From NCBI RefSeq assembly GCF_006345805.1, contig NW_021835747.1, forward strand, positions 1 to 37,586: a stretch of 37,586 nucleotides of DNA. Reading direction: 5' to 3'. The stretch's first letter is position 1. Every line of letters starts with the position of its first letter. Under the pieces are notes generated by a model. It saw only the letters and a program-made list of their open reading frames with translations. It searched no databases and was not told the origin of the DNA. Source of the stretch: Octopus sinensis. Lineage: Eukaryota. Positions 12,208-23,499 of this stretch are shown piece after piece. The position numbers and the translations under genes were made by a program.

Positions 12208-12558
12208 ATTTCAATTCTTCGATGGAATCCGACAAAGTCAAAGTCGAAAAATATTTGGTAGAGAGAAAAAGAAGGGCACGGGTTAATCGCAGCATCGTTG
12301 AACTGGGAAGAATATTGTCAGACCTTTGTCCTTATCGTGTATAAATGAATATTTTATTTTAGCAAAAATATCGTGGGAAAATCGAAAAAGCAGTTCTGTT
12401 AGAGCACGCTGTAACATACATGAGGTTTATTCGAGATTTGCATAAATATCCCAACAACATTACGTAATCATTAGCCTGCTATGCATAGAACTGTGGAAAA
12501 CTTGCAAACATGTGTAAAACGAGAAACAAAAAAAATATGGAGACCCTGGCAGCTCTGA
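12198..12558 (+). CDS. Minimal HES-like bHLH repressor with WRPW motif (103 aa from ATG 12198, or 95 aa from ATG 12222)
   Basis: Introns 12339-12362 and 12464-12488 give ..VEKYLVERKRRARVNRSIVEL..KIEKAVLLEHAVTYMR..KKIWRPWQL*. Not present in the ORF track. Confidence 0.88.
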
Positions 12559-12792
12559 AAACTGTTATGATTTCAATTCTTTAAAAACTACCTTTAATTT
12601 AAATAATTTTTATTCATATTTTTCATTTAATGATTATCTGTTGACGCGGTTCTTGAAAATTGTCTTCAAAACAAAATGTCACAAAAAAAGACCATAGCTC
12701 ATTTTAAAGCTTTTTGTATTGTAATGCAGTAGCTACAGAGCCAACCTGAAATAGAAACAATTTGTTGATATTTGTCTTTCTTTGAAGCAGTA

Positions 12793-12826
12793 GACTGAAA
12801 AGTGACTGAGACTGAAAAGTGACTGA
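12793..12826 (+). repeat. Tandem 17-bp duplication GACTGAAAAGTGACTGA
   Basis: Exact copies at 12793-12809 and 12810-12826, followed by short CTGA/GTGA repeats. Confidence 0.8.
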
Positions 12827-13149
12827 CTGAGTGAGTCCAGTAGACATCAATTAGAAAAATGTTGTTTAAATGTACGATTTAAATGGATAAAACAATTTGA
12901 AACATCGTCTTATATTTACTATATTTTTTACTTAAAAAATCAATCTATAAAATAATTTTTTTCAAGTTTTAATCCAATGTAAAATCTAATCTTTTCCTCA
13001 TTTCTAATGACTAGTCGTTCAAATTTTTTATCAACACTGAGTCAATAGTTCTTTTCTTGACTTAGAAAAAAATATGACATGAAAATACGCAACTAAAGTA
13101 TTATTTCATTTACGAATTTTTTTAAATTAAATAATGATAAATAGAAAAG

Positions 13150-13400
13150 ATTAGATGCTAGCTAGAGTTAAAAGAATAGTCGAGAGCCTAAGGGTCAGCT
13201 CAACGACACCGCAATGCGTATTGAGTAGGAGTTTCCGCAAACTAGGGAAACCGAGATTCGCTAAAAGAGTCAGTTCTTCTACCAATGTCAGTGAAAAGTT
13301 GAATCGCGGTCTTGCCGACAATTCCTGAGGTTTCAAAGACAAGGTGGGGACGAACTCAAAAGAGTTCGGATTTTGTCCTCAAATATAAGCGGAATCCATA
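13150..13400 (-). mobile_element. Degenerate CRE-like retrotransposon 3' fragment
   Basis: LVFETSGIVGKTAIQLFTDIGRR...RISVSLVCGNSYSIRIAVSLS*. Nucleotide similarity to the 8835-8952 copy. Confidence 0.7.
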
Positions 13401-13480
13401 AGTTGAAATCAGTTGTGATTTCAGATCAAAAATGCCGTGATGTTTTTGACATTATGACTATAAATGCTTCATTTAGTATT

Positions 13481-13868
13481 TTTTTTTTTTTTATATGTAA
13501 TTAACAAATAGTTATTAACTAACTAAATTCCCGGCATCGTAAATGGAAACACAGTTTCCACGTACTATGGCCAAGGAAATCCTTCCGAAAAGCCACTTGG
13601 ACTCGCGTGGGTCTCCCCGTTTATGGAGATCATGCGGCCAAGCTTTTTTAGAAAGGAAAGAGACTTTTCGCCGATGACGCCGGAAGTCTCGACGGCGATG
13701 GGAGTGAACAGATACCGTTCAGAGAGCTCCTTGTACTTTCCAATCTTCATCTTCTCGGTTTTGCGAGAGACTGAGCCAGGCTCGACAGCTGAAGAAGGAA
13801 GTTGAGCTCCGAGAAAGTGTCTGAACACGTCGCATCCCATAACAGAGACTTGCCGAACTCAAACGGGA
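13481..13868 (-). mobile_element. 5'-truncated CRE-like retrotransposon with poly(A) tail and 10-bp TSD
   Basis: FPFEFGKSLLWDATCSDT..KYKELSERYLFTPIAVETSGVIG..RISLAIVRGN. T-run at 13479-13492 is the poly(A) on the minus strand. TSD ATTTAGTATT at 13471-13480 and 13869-13878. Confidence 0.88.
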
Positions 13869-14130
13869 ATTTAGTATTATAATTCACAATGAGCTTGAAT
13901 GGCTAATTCTATATTTATGGATTAGTTGATCAATTTTTAATATTCAGCTCAAAAAGAAAAAAAAGAATTGTACTATTGATTGACAACTTGAAATCAATAT
14001 TAATAATACAACAATCAGAAAAACAGGCATTCTCGATCTTTTCAAAGTTGAAAATTTTTTAAGCATTCAATACACGGAAAATGAAACATTTATTGAAAAT
14101 CAAAATTCTTTGAAGATTAAGAAAATAGTA

Positions 14131-15441
14131 TGTCACGAGCCCGGCGCGTTACCGAGCCGGACGCTTTACACCTGTGTTTTTTTCTGTTAAAATTTTTTTT
14201 TAATCTTTAATTTGTTAATTTCTTGTCAAATACTATAACTAATTTTAATAAATCAAATAAATTATATTATTTATTTGGCTAGCCTATAATCCAAGAATGA
14301 ATAAAGAAAATAAGCGTGTATTTATCTTGTTAATGTCTCGTTCATTCATCAAAAATTCCGAAGAATACGACTTTTTGTGTCGAATTTTGGATTCTGAAAC
14401 ATGTTCTCATAAATCTAGACAGCGTAATTACCGATTGAGAAAGAAGGCGGAAAAATTTATTCTTATTAATGGACGACTTTATCTGAGACAACCGTATGGA
14501 GATCATAAGCTGGTTATTTCCACAGACAACACTCAAGAGATGTATTTGGTCGCGAAGCAGATCCACAACATATCGCATTGTGGACACAATAGCTTGGAAT
14601 ACCATTGCATGCGAAGTTACTTCGGAATAAAAAGGGAAATTATTCGGAAAGTAGTGTCAGATTGTGCAGTGTGTCGTTTTTCCACACCATTAAAAGTTGG
14701 CGATGAGCAAAATCATATTGTTGCAAATCTTCCAAATAAAAGATATCAGATAGATTTGATAGATCTAAGGAGGTAGAAAATTTTAAAATTTATTTTTATC
14801 AGATTCTGGAAAATTGGAGTATCTCGGAGTATCGATAGACCGAAGAGGATCTTTTAAAGATCATATCAAAACACGAAGAGAGAAAGCTACAGGAATGTTG
14901 AAATCCTTAACTCGATTTCATTTGGAGCCTGAAATTTTCCTTTTTGTGTATTCTACATGTATTGAGCCATTCTTGATATATGGCTATCAAGGATGGTATA
15001 GGTCCGAAGAAAGTAGCATTTTTGTGAAAAAGTTGGAAAAGACCAGAAGATTTGCTATTAAATTGGCATTTGGATTGAACTTAAATTCAAAAATCGAAGA
15101 TGCTTATGACGCTAAAGTCAAAAAGATAGAAGATTTGTTACGTCACTTATGGAAATTATGATGTAATTCTTTTGGGTATATGCGAAGAAGAGACATGTGG
15201 TGTCTCATAAAATGACCCTATACAATGAAATCAAACCCACGTTAATTAGTTTCTTGTTCTGCTCTTGGCTTTCTCCCTAACTTTAATTTATGGGTTTGTT
15301 GGGAAATAAAACTTGTCTTGTCTCTATTTGTCAATTTATACATTTTTTATTGACAAAATCACCTGAGAATTTTATGGTCAATTTTTTTCTAAGTCCACAG
15401 GTGTAACGCGTCCGGCTCGGTAGCTTATTCAGCTCGTGACA
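14131..15441 (+). mobile_element. Ginger2/TDD-like DNA transposon (gypsy-type integrase with TIRs), truncated ORF, 5-bp TSD
   Basis: TGT...ACA termini. About 45-bp imperfect TIRs (tgtcacgagc...accgagccggacgc..tacacctgtg). TSD TAGTA at 14126-14130 and 15442-15446. ORF 14297-14776 has an HHCC zinc domain (H-x3-H...CxxC) and the start of the core (RYQIDLIDLR). Confidence 0.88.
14800..15323 (+). mobile_element. I/Jockey-group LINE 3' fragment nested inside the Ginger-like element
   Basis: EYLGVSID...KLEKTRRFAIKLA is homologous to the C-terminus of the 21800 ORF. Ends in AATAAA (15305-15310) plus a short CTTGT repeat. Confidence 0.75.
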
Positions 15442-16639
15442 TAGTAAACAAAAATCTCAGAAAACAAAGTATTTGGGCAAAATAAATATTGCAACTAGAT
15501 TAACTGGAATAGAGAAGACACTCTTAGCCAATGTTGAGAATGAACATGAAACTTCCCTAAGTTTTTTAATAAGAAAGTACAAAGCGAGTATTATTGAAAG
15601 AAATAAAAAAAACAATTAGGAATCAAATTTCATTTTAATAAAACTTAAATACTTTTTTGATTAATTTAGGCCATTTAAAAAATTATTTGCTCATTGTTTT
15701 TTTAATTATTTATTTCATTTTTCAAATTGATCACAAAATTCTAAGCCAATTTTCGAGGGTCAAGTGTATTTGTAAATGATATACAGCTCCATGATTTTAA
15801 AATTTGAATAGTTCCCTCATAAATTCGAAAAACGGCATTGATTCGGATTGTAGCAATTATATGGAGAAATAAAAACTGACAAGAAATAAAAACTCACTTC
15901 TCATACAATTCATGAAACATCCAAAAAATAGAAACTGGATTTTTTTATAAACTTGCAGAAATAATGCAATCAAAAAATGCAAACGTGTAAAAATTCTCAA
16001 GATAAAACTTTGGAAAATAACAATGAAGAAATAGAATATTTGATGTCAAAAACCACAAATGAGATCGCCTTCAGGCTACATGTGATTGAAAATGATTCGC
16101 TAGAAAATATTGAAAACAAAAATAAAGTTTTGCTGATTTCTGCAATCAAATGTTACAAAGAAAGTGTATTCAAAAGTAATGGTATGTTCAAAAATCGGCG
16201 GATTCGAGAGACAATTTAAATTTTAAATAATTAATTCTAATTAAAAGTTAAGATCTTTAAAATCTATAAAATCTTTAAAATTTCATTTATATAAATAATA
16301 AATATAATAGAATTATTTTTTTCAAAGAAATCGTAGATTTTATCTTTTTTGTTTAATTTTCTAAGAAGTTCGCCAATTTTCATAATATTTTCGTGATCCT
16401 CAATATTTGAATTTTTGATTTGAGATAAAAGTTAAAATTTATACTGAACTAATAATACAGTCTGGGATGTTTATGATCATGCTTATTCACAATTTTCTGT
16501 GCATGCCGCGTTTCATAAAATTATTTTTAAGATCTAAAGTCTTTATTTTCAAAAATTTATATTTTTTGAAAATTATTTTTTATATCCCAAGATCATGTTT
16601 GTATCACATATACGACAAATCACTTATTTTTATGCATGA

Positions 16640-17340
16640 CCTATAAATATTTGCATAACCGCCAGATTGGAAAAAAGGTCAAAACTGGGCTCGTCGATAT
16701 TGAACAGCCCGAATTTTAACAAATTGACAAAAATGTACGCAATATCCGCGTACACCATCGAATTCATCTGAAACTTGCAAACAAAAAAAGACTCTACTTT
16801 CCAAGTGGCCAACACGGGAGAGGACTTGTATCCACTTTCCATAAAAGTGAACCGATACTTCTCACGAAAGTCAAAAGTAACGAACCGGGCATCTCTTACT
16901 TGACAAAATGAAGAACAAAATTACAATCATAGAGATCGGATCACTTCTCAAAAGGCCTGAAACAAGTTGAGGTGGAAAAACGCCATAAGTATGACCTACT
17001 TGCCAATTAATTGGAACTAATCCATAAAACCATAATAACGACAGTAACATTGATACTAATATGGGACGATAATGTGAGTAAATTCTATAAACATCATTCC
17101 GGCTCAGTTAATCTCAAAGAACCCATACGAGCTTAAGTTATTCTGAAAACATTGGAAAGTATGCGTGCAGAACATAAGTTTGGAATGATCGCGCAGGACT
17201 CGGTTTACAAATAGAACAACTGAGGAACCTTTTCCGAGTAAAACCATTGAGTCGAACTTGAGAACGACCAGAAAAGAGGCCAGCCCTGCGAGATGGATGA
17301 GTGTGCCCATCGATTCAGAATTTTCAAGTGTCCTCATTAA
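16640..17340 (+). mobile_element. R4/Dong-like REL non-LTR retrotransposon relic (RT end plus REL)
   Basis: TYKYL..., ANKKRLYFPSGQHGRGL, NEP(D)..KMKNKITIIEIG..VEVEKRHKYDLLAN..IWDD, ILKTLES; frameshifted and internally deleted. Confidence 0.7.
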
Positions 17341-17449
17341 AATGTTTTTCCCTGTAAATACAATAATAGGTTTTGTGAAAAATATCTCAAAATATCAATA
17401 GCTCAATCTATCCTGAGTATTTTAAACGGAGAACCTGTATAGACATCCT

Positions 17450-17940
17450 CAGAGCAAATAAAATATATAACTAAAAATCTAACAAAGTTATTGTTATTGA
17501 TGACTGCTTATACCTCAAAGACAAAAGATTTTAAAAGCACAAACTAGTCATTTTCATGAATAATGAGAATAAAATGCAAACTATTGCAGATTCTATTCAT
17601 CGAAATAGCCTTTCTGGAATTTGTAAACTCCAAAAGGAATGTTTACACTTTTATTTTTACAATAAAGCGAAAAGTTATAGAACGATTTGTCAAAGAATGC
17701 TCAATTTGAAGTTTTCTATTCCACTTAAAGTACAAAATTAATGCAGGTTTCCGACCTTCATTCCATGTGATAGTCAAAAGACCAAATGAACGATTTCAAC
17801 CAGACCTTATAGAGTCTATAATATAGACTTTAAAATATTTAATGATCCAAATGATGGCTACAAATGGATATTCATCGTCATTGATGTTTACAGTAAGTAT
17901 GCCATCTGTAAAGCAGTTAAAAATAAATCTCCATCGAATT
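17450..17940 (+). mobile_element. Degenerate Ginger-like integrase relic
   Basis: LYLKDK..HKLVI..SIHRNSLSG..VKECSI..IPLK, then KRPNERFQPDLI..NDGYKWIFIVIDVYSKY; collinear with the 14297 ORF. Confidence 0.7.
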
Positions 17941-18194
17941 TAAATTCACCGTATTTTAAACGGATGAATAAAAAAATAAACGTTCATCAATCGAAATACG
18001 ATTTTTCAATTAGAAATAAAGTATGTTTAGTGAATAATTGATATGTTAGAGTTTTAAGTTCGGGGAAATAAAAAAAACATAAACGCCGAATTTTAATGAA
18101 TTCTTTATAGTTTGAAACAGTTATTGATTATAAATCAATGAAATTAATTTTGACAATCACTGTGACAGGCATTATGATAGATTTACAGTCGACA

Positions 18195-18365
18195 TTTAGC
18201 AACCACGGGATGGTTACCTTGTAGCATCGTCGCCGAAAGAGTCGACGCAGGCGTCCCAAACCCGAGAGTTGCCTTACCTGAAAGGAAAGAGTCGGCATCC
18301 CGTCGGGATGCTTACTGTCGCTCCAGAAAAGGCCGACTCGCTCTAGACTTTGCAACTTTAGCTTT
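18195..18365 (-). mobile_element. CRE-like retrotransposon internal fragment
   Basis: VGLFWSDSKHPDGM..(VWD) matches the REL PDG motif seen in the 32490 and 26095 copies. Confidence 0.6.
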
Positions 18366-18369
18366 CTCG

Positions 18370-19045
18370 GCAAAGCCATTGGCTTCTTCTCGAAGATCAT
18401 TCTGGAAGCAAGAGCAATGGCTATTCCTAAACGTCCACCTCTCGCTGCTTGTAGTCGAAGGATATCCGGTCTGGCCAAGGAGAGAAATCGCCTCAAAAGG
18501 TCAAACCGGATGTCTTCTGACATAATTACCCGCATCCGACACTTAAACAAGGAACTGAAGTCCAATGAACTCAGACACACCTATTTGAAATGGAATCGAA
18601 TTCTTTCTACCGTGAACCGCAATCGTTCAACGGGTGAAGTGTGGAAAGCCATTCGGCACGTGGTCATGGGGGACGCTCCCGAACCTTTCGAAGATTTTGA
18701 TAAAAAAGACGTGAACAACCTCATGAATTTCTATGCGAAAAATGCACATAAAGATCACAGGAAATCCGACTCACTCCCCTCCAACAGAAGCCTAAAAAAA
18801 CGGGCTGAACCGCTCCTCCTCTCGGTAAAGGAGGTGGAAGATACCTTGCACTCAACAAAACCTTTTTACTCTCACAGCCCGGACAAAATCCCGGTGATCC
18901 TATTAAAAAACCTCGGCGTCGAAGGTGTCAGATTTCTAACAGCAATCTTCAACCATTCTATTAACAACAACGTAATTCCGGGTTTATGGAAACAGGCCTT
19001 AATAAGGCCGATACTGAAGCCTGGAAGACCAAGAGGGGACTCGCT
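18370..19045 (+). mobile_element. I/Jockey-group LINE ORF2 fragment (linker plus RT N-terminus)
   Basis: HSPDKIPVILLKNL..LTAIFN..IPGLWKQALIRPILKPG; breaks off just before the expected YRPISL motif. Confidence 0.8.
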
Positions 19046-19059
19046 TGATGAGGTCTATC

Positions 19060-19576
19060 CCGGGTCATCATTTGCTCATTTTCATTCATCAGCAATATTT
19101 GTGCTCAAAGATATTAAAAATGGAATCGGTGTTAAAGGAATTTCAAGAAAGATTTAATGATTTTTCGTCTTTTGAACAACAATTTTCACTATTCGCATCA
19201 CCATTCTCTTTTAATGTTTCTAATGCAGATGAAAGTTTACAAATGGAACTAATCCACTCAGATTCTATACTTAAAGCTAAATATTTGGAGGTTAGAATAC
19301 CTGCTTTCTTTTCATATCTTCCTGGAAAGTTTAAAAACTTAAAAAGTTGTTAATCCTCTGGAAGCAACTCTCACCAAAATTAAAAAGCGATAATTGAATA
19401 ATTTAGTAACTAAATTATTAACTAAAACTAAATTTTAGTTTTTCTTATTTTGGTTATTCATCATAATAAATATCAGAACTAATCTTCCCTTAATGAGAAA
19501 TTATTATAAATGCGGCCCTCGAAGCAAAATTGTTACAAAATGCGGCCCTCAAAGCGAAATGAGTTTGACACCCCTG
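19060..19576 (+). mobile_element. hAT (Buster/Charlie, GTF2IRD2-like) right-hand relic
   Basis: IHQQYLCSK..LKEFQERFNDF..LFASPF..LQMELI. Subterminal TGCGGCCCTC repeats, right TIR gagtttgacacccctg, followed by the Buster-type target CTCTAGAG (19577-19584). Left end not found. Confidence 0.8.
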
Positions 19577-20210
19577 CTCTAGAGTGAAAGAAAAACCAAC
19601 CGACTGTAAAGCCATCAAATTTGAGAAAAGAAATTTAAAAACAAAATACAGGGGTTGTTTATGTGATCGACTTTGGTTCTAAAAATCTACATTTAAAAAC
19701 GTTTATTTTAATCCAATAAGAGTTTCTTATTAAAATTGTGAGAAATATAGTACAAATTTATCAATCACGCTTTAAACCACATTATATGTGACAGGTTGAC
19801 ACCTTAATTGCCGACTTGACTCGAAATAATGACATATTGAAACCTCCACATTTAATATTTACTAAATTAAAAATTCTAATTAGGATTTAACAGTTATTTA
19901 ATTTTTTTAATAATATCTACCAGAATTGAAAACAAGTGGTTTGATAAATACATAAAACGTACCATGCTATCGGTTTATAAGTTCAATTATCTTTTTACTA
20001 AAATTTGCATAGAAACTTGAAAAAACTTATTTTTTTAATAATAAATTATTTACAATTTTTCAGTATAATAAATTCGCGTAAGATATATACTTTTAGGTGT
20101 GGTAGGATTCTGATTATATATAAATCATAGTTAACCTTTTTATTTAAATTTTAAATAAATAACATATTTAGTTATTTTGGATTATCTAATCCTGGATTTT
20201 AGTAGATTTG

Positions 20211-21652
20211 ATGAATTGGTATCTTTCCCAAATAAATGAACTGAGGGACGATAGCAGCTGTGAGAGTATCCCATATTAATCAAATTCCAGGCGATCAAAT
20301 CACTACCCTGGAATACAGTAAGAATGGAGATATGCTGGCTGTGGGAAACAAACGAGGACAAATCGTTGTCTTTAATGAGGCAAACGTTATTAATTTGAAT
20401 AATCGAATTCTTTTAGTCAGGAGATGTCCAATATTCGCTCTACAGTGGCTTCCAGAGTCATATTAATGAATTTGATTGCCTCAAAAGTGTGGTGATTGAC
20501 CCCAAAATAGTCACGATTTGTTGGCTACCACAACCGAATCACTCACGTTTTTTATTGTCCACCAACGGTTATCTCCAACTGTTCATATAAACAGACAAAT
20601 GTATTAAATATGGAAAATGAGTGAAAAAAATGTCAAATTGTTTGATATTGATCACGATGGGCCTCAAGGGGGTGTTTGCGGTTTCCGAAGGTCACTTTGG
20701 GGGAGAGGGTCGTGGAGAATAGTCCAAAGAGGTCATATGTGGGGGCTCATATGTTCCAAATAAATTCTCTCAGTCCGAATTGTGACATGGAGACATTTCT
20801 ATCGGGAGATGACCTGAGAATAAATATTTGGAACATTGAATATCCCAATCGAGCTTTGAGTAGTCCACGATGACGAAATATTTAGATGTGGTGGACAAGA
20901 AGCCTCAATATTCAGAAAATGTGTCGGAAGTGATAACATGTGCTCAATTCCACCATTTCTTCTCACATTCTTTTATCTACGGAAGTACCAAAGGACTGAT
21001 TCGTTTATGTGACATGAGACAAAACGCGCTTTGCGACCATCATTCTAAACGTGGCTTTTTGTTTTGAAGTTTGTAGTATTTGGAGATAATCCTTCACTAA
21101 GGACGAGTTCGATCTACGACGAGATAACGGGGACCATATCGGACATCAAGTTTAGTAGATGTGGGAAGTTTGTGATTTCCCGGGATTATCTCTCCATCAA
21201 AATTTGGGACCTTTCCATGGAAAGTCGGCCAGTGGAGACCTTCCGAGTGAGTGATAATTTGAAGGGCAAGTTGAATTTTCTTTATCAAAATGATTCGATT
21301 TATGACAAGTTCCAAGTTGTGAGCAGCCACAATGACAGGTTGATAAAATGTGCATTTTTTATTCAGATTTGTGCTGACGGGATCTTACAATAATTACTTC
21401 CGTATATTTGACAGGCGAAATAATAAAGACCATGTTTACCAGACGAATATAAACGGAAATCCACCCCGTGGACGTCCCGTTTTAATTAAGCCGGTAAAAA
21501 CCATAAATTTTCCATTCCGGAAGAAAAGGGAGGATGCCTTTGACGAATTTAAAGTTGAGTCAAAAATTCTGAATTGTGCATGGCATCCACATGAGGATTG
21601 TTTTGCACTGTCTTCTGGACATTCCTTATTTTTTTTCCAGTCTCCGCACTGA
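20211..21652 (+). CDS. PPP2R2: PP2A regulatory subunit B55 (PPP2R2 family); two apparent 1-nt deletions (assembly error or pseudogene)
   Basis: Introns 20260-20290, 20386-20416, 20568-20594, 20860-20885, 21051-21076 and 21339-21366. Motifs [57 protein letters not shown]. The frame needs one extra base near 20606-20610 and one near 20668-20672. Confidence 0.88.
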
Positions 21653-21734
21653 TGTACTTTTTCTATGTTATAATTTGACAAGTATTTATACTTAAAGAGA
21701 CTACATCTTTAAATTGTAGAATTATAGAATAATG

Positions 21735-23069
21735 CACCCGGCCATGACTACATTCCAATTTCTGTATTCAAACATGCTCCAAATATTCTCCTACGATACT
21801 TGACCGCACTATACAATGCAAGCTGGAGACTTGGATACGTACCGGACTCTTGGAAAAAGTCAATCGTACGTATGATTCCAAAGCCTGGAAAAATAAAGGA
21901 CCATGCAGAGAACTATAGGCCGATAAGCCTAATATGCTCCGTCTCTAAAATTATGGAACGGATTGTCTTCACAAGACTTTCGAACTTCGTAGAGGAATCA
22001 GGTGCACTTGCAGTAGAGCAGTGGGGATTCCGACGAAAAAGATCCTGTGGTGATTGTTTCGGAGAACTCGAGAAAGTCATCTCGCTTAGTCTTGCTAATA
22101 ATACAGCGACTATTGCTATCTGCCTCGATGTCTCAAAAGCTTTTGACAGCGTATGGCACCTGGGCCTCTTGGAAAGTGTCGCCAAGAGCAAACCCGGGTC
22201 TAAAACGGTCAATTGGCTGAAGAGCTATTTATCAATGAGAAGGTCATACATACGATGCGGAAACCGTTTGTCGGAATCTGTCGATCTCAAAAGAGGGGTA
22301 CCTCAAGGCTCGGTCTTGAGCCCCCTGCTTTTTAATATTTACGTTGCTGATATTCCAAAACCGAAAGATCCTACCAGTCGTCTCATGATCTACGCGGACG
22401 ACATATTAATAACGGATGCTTCGTGGAGAAAAGACATCTCGTGGAGGAAGTTAAAAGGATACGTGACAAGAGTGGAAGAATGGTGCATATCAAAAGGACT
22501 GACGCTTGCAAAAGAAAAGTGCACCGCCACTTGGATTGCAAAACAGGGAGCAAAACGAAAACCGCCGAGAAACCTCTGTGGGTTTACAGTAACGGAGAAC
22601 CTGAAATACCTTGGGGTTGAAGTTGGATCCAAGGGTTCTTACTTCAGATACATCGACTCGAGGAGAAGGAAATGCGCTCAAATTCTCAGGAGCATAATTC
22701 ACTTCCACCTTTCCCCGGAAACGTTTTTATATGTTTATAAAACGTGCGTCGAACCATTGCTTACCTACGGGTTCGAGGGATGGTATCCTACTGCTGAAAG
22801 GGATGGCATTATCGCTAAGCTCGAAAAGACGAGGCGATATGCCATCAAATTGGCAAATGGACTCCAGTTGGACCAACCCATCCCTCAAGTGATGGAAGAC
22901 GCGACGGAAACGGTTGAAGTGTTCTTGAGAGAGCCTTTTCCTCTCGAATTAAATATTAAAAAAAAAAAAAAAGAGGGAAACAACGAAGAAGAGGCATACG
23001 TTGTCTCATTAACTTTCTCCCTCTTTTTTCGGCTTTTCCGTTAATAAAAATTCATTCATTCATTCATTC
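21735..23069 (+). mobile_element. 5'-truncated I/Jockey-group LINE with an open RT domain
   Basis: YRPISL, QWGFR, LDVSKAFDSV, GVPQGSVLSP, IYADD, KYLG in a stop-free 414-aa ORF. Ends in AATAAA (23043-23048) plus a (TTCA)n tail (23051-23069). Confidence 0.92.
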
Positions 23070-23499
23070 GGTATTAGTCATTTTTCGTAGTTTGGTAGTT
23101 TTTCGTTTTTTTCCTGAAGGATGATGACTTTTTAGGTAAATCAACTAACATTTGTAGTTCTTGTTTAGTGATAACATTATTCATTGTCGCGACAACTTGA
23201 TCGTCATAATTTTCTATTTCAAGCCATTCCTGTGTTTAATTGCCATACTTTCTTATTTTTTTTTCGTTTGTAAAGTTGACTGGATATTGCTCATCACATT
23301 ATTCAATGTCACCGGCTCATTAATGAATTCGGCATATTAATGGACCGCATCAAAATCTCATTAATATCAATTACGCCTATATAAAAAGTATCTTACTTTT
23401 TTCTAAATCCAATTTGAAATTTATTTTTAATGGTTTTAATGACTTCTGGAAAACAGATAGACAACAAAACAAACCAACAAAAACAGATCGCCAAAAGGA

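Noticed and set aside
13522-13875. 12-bp inverted repeat ACTAAATTCCCG flanking a CRE fragment
   Set aside because: It is made up of TSD sequence plus native coding sequence (FPF and AGNLV codons). A direct 10-bp TSD and poly(A) tail explain the insertion without TIRs.
14773-14802. 30-nt GT-AG segment that might splice the Ginger integrase to the LINE RT
   Set aside because: Splicing gives a frame different from the RT frame and stops after about 18 codons.
15977-16219. 80-aa ORF (MQTCKNSQDK...)
   Set aside because: Low-complexity AT-rich sequence with no recognisable motif or splice partner, lying among TE relics.
17104-17337. Minus-strand 77-aa ORF resembling an HSF DNA-binding domain (..FQNNLSSYGF..)
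   Set aside because: It is antisense to the end of the R4-like element, whose plus-strand frame matches REL motifs, and it lacks the HSF Trp and N-terminal helix.
20595-20680. Programmed ribosomal frameshifting in B55
   Set aside because: No slippery site plus stop or stimulatory structure; homopolymer deletion is the simpler explanation.
22958-22972. A15 run as the poly(A) tail of the LINE
   Set aside because: The sequence after it still resembles the 3' region of the related copy at about 15180-15210, and the true end is the AATAAA plus (TTCA)n at 23043-23069.
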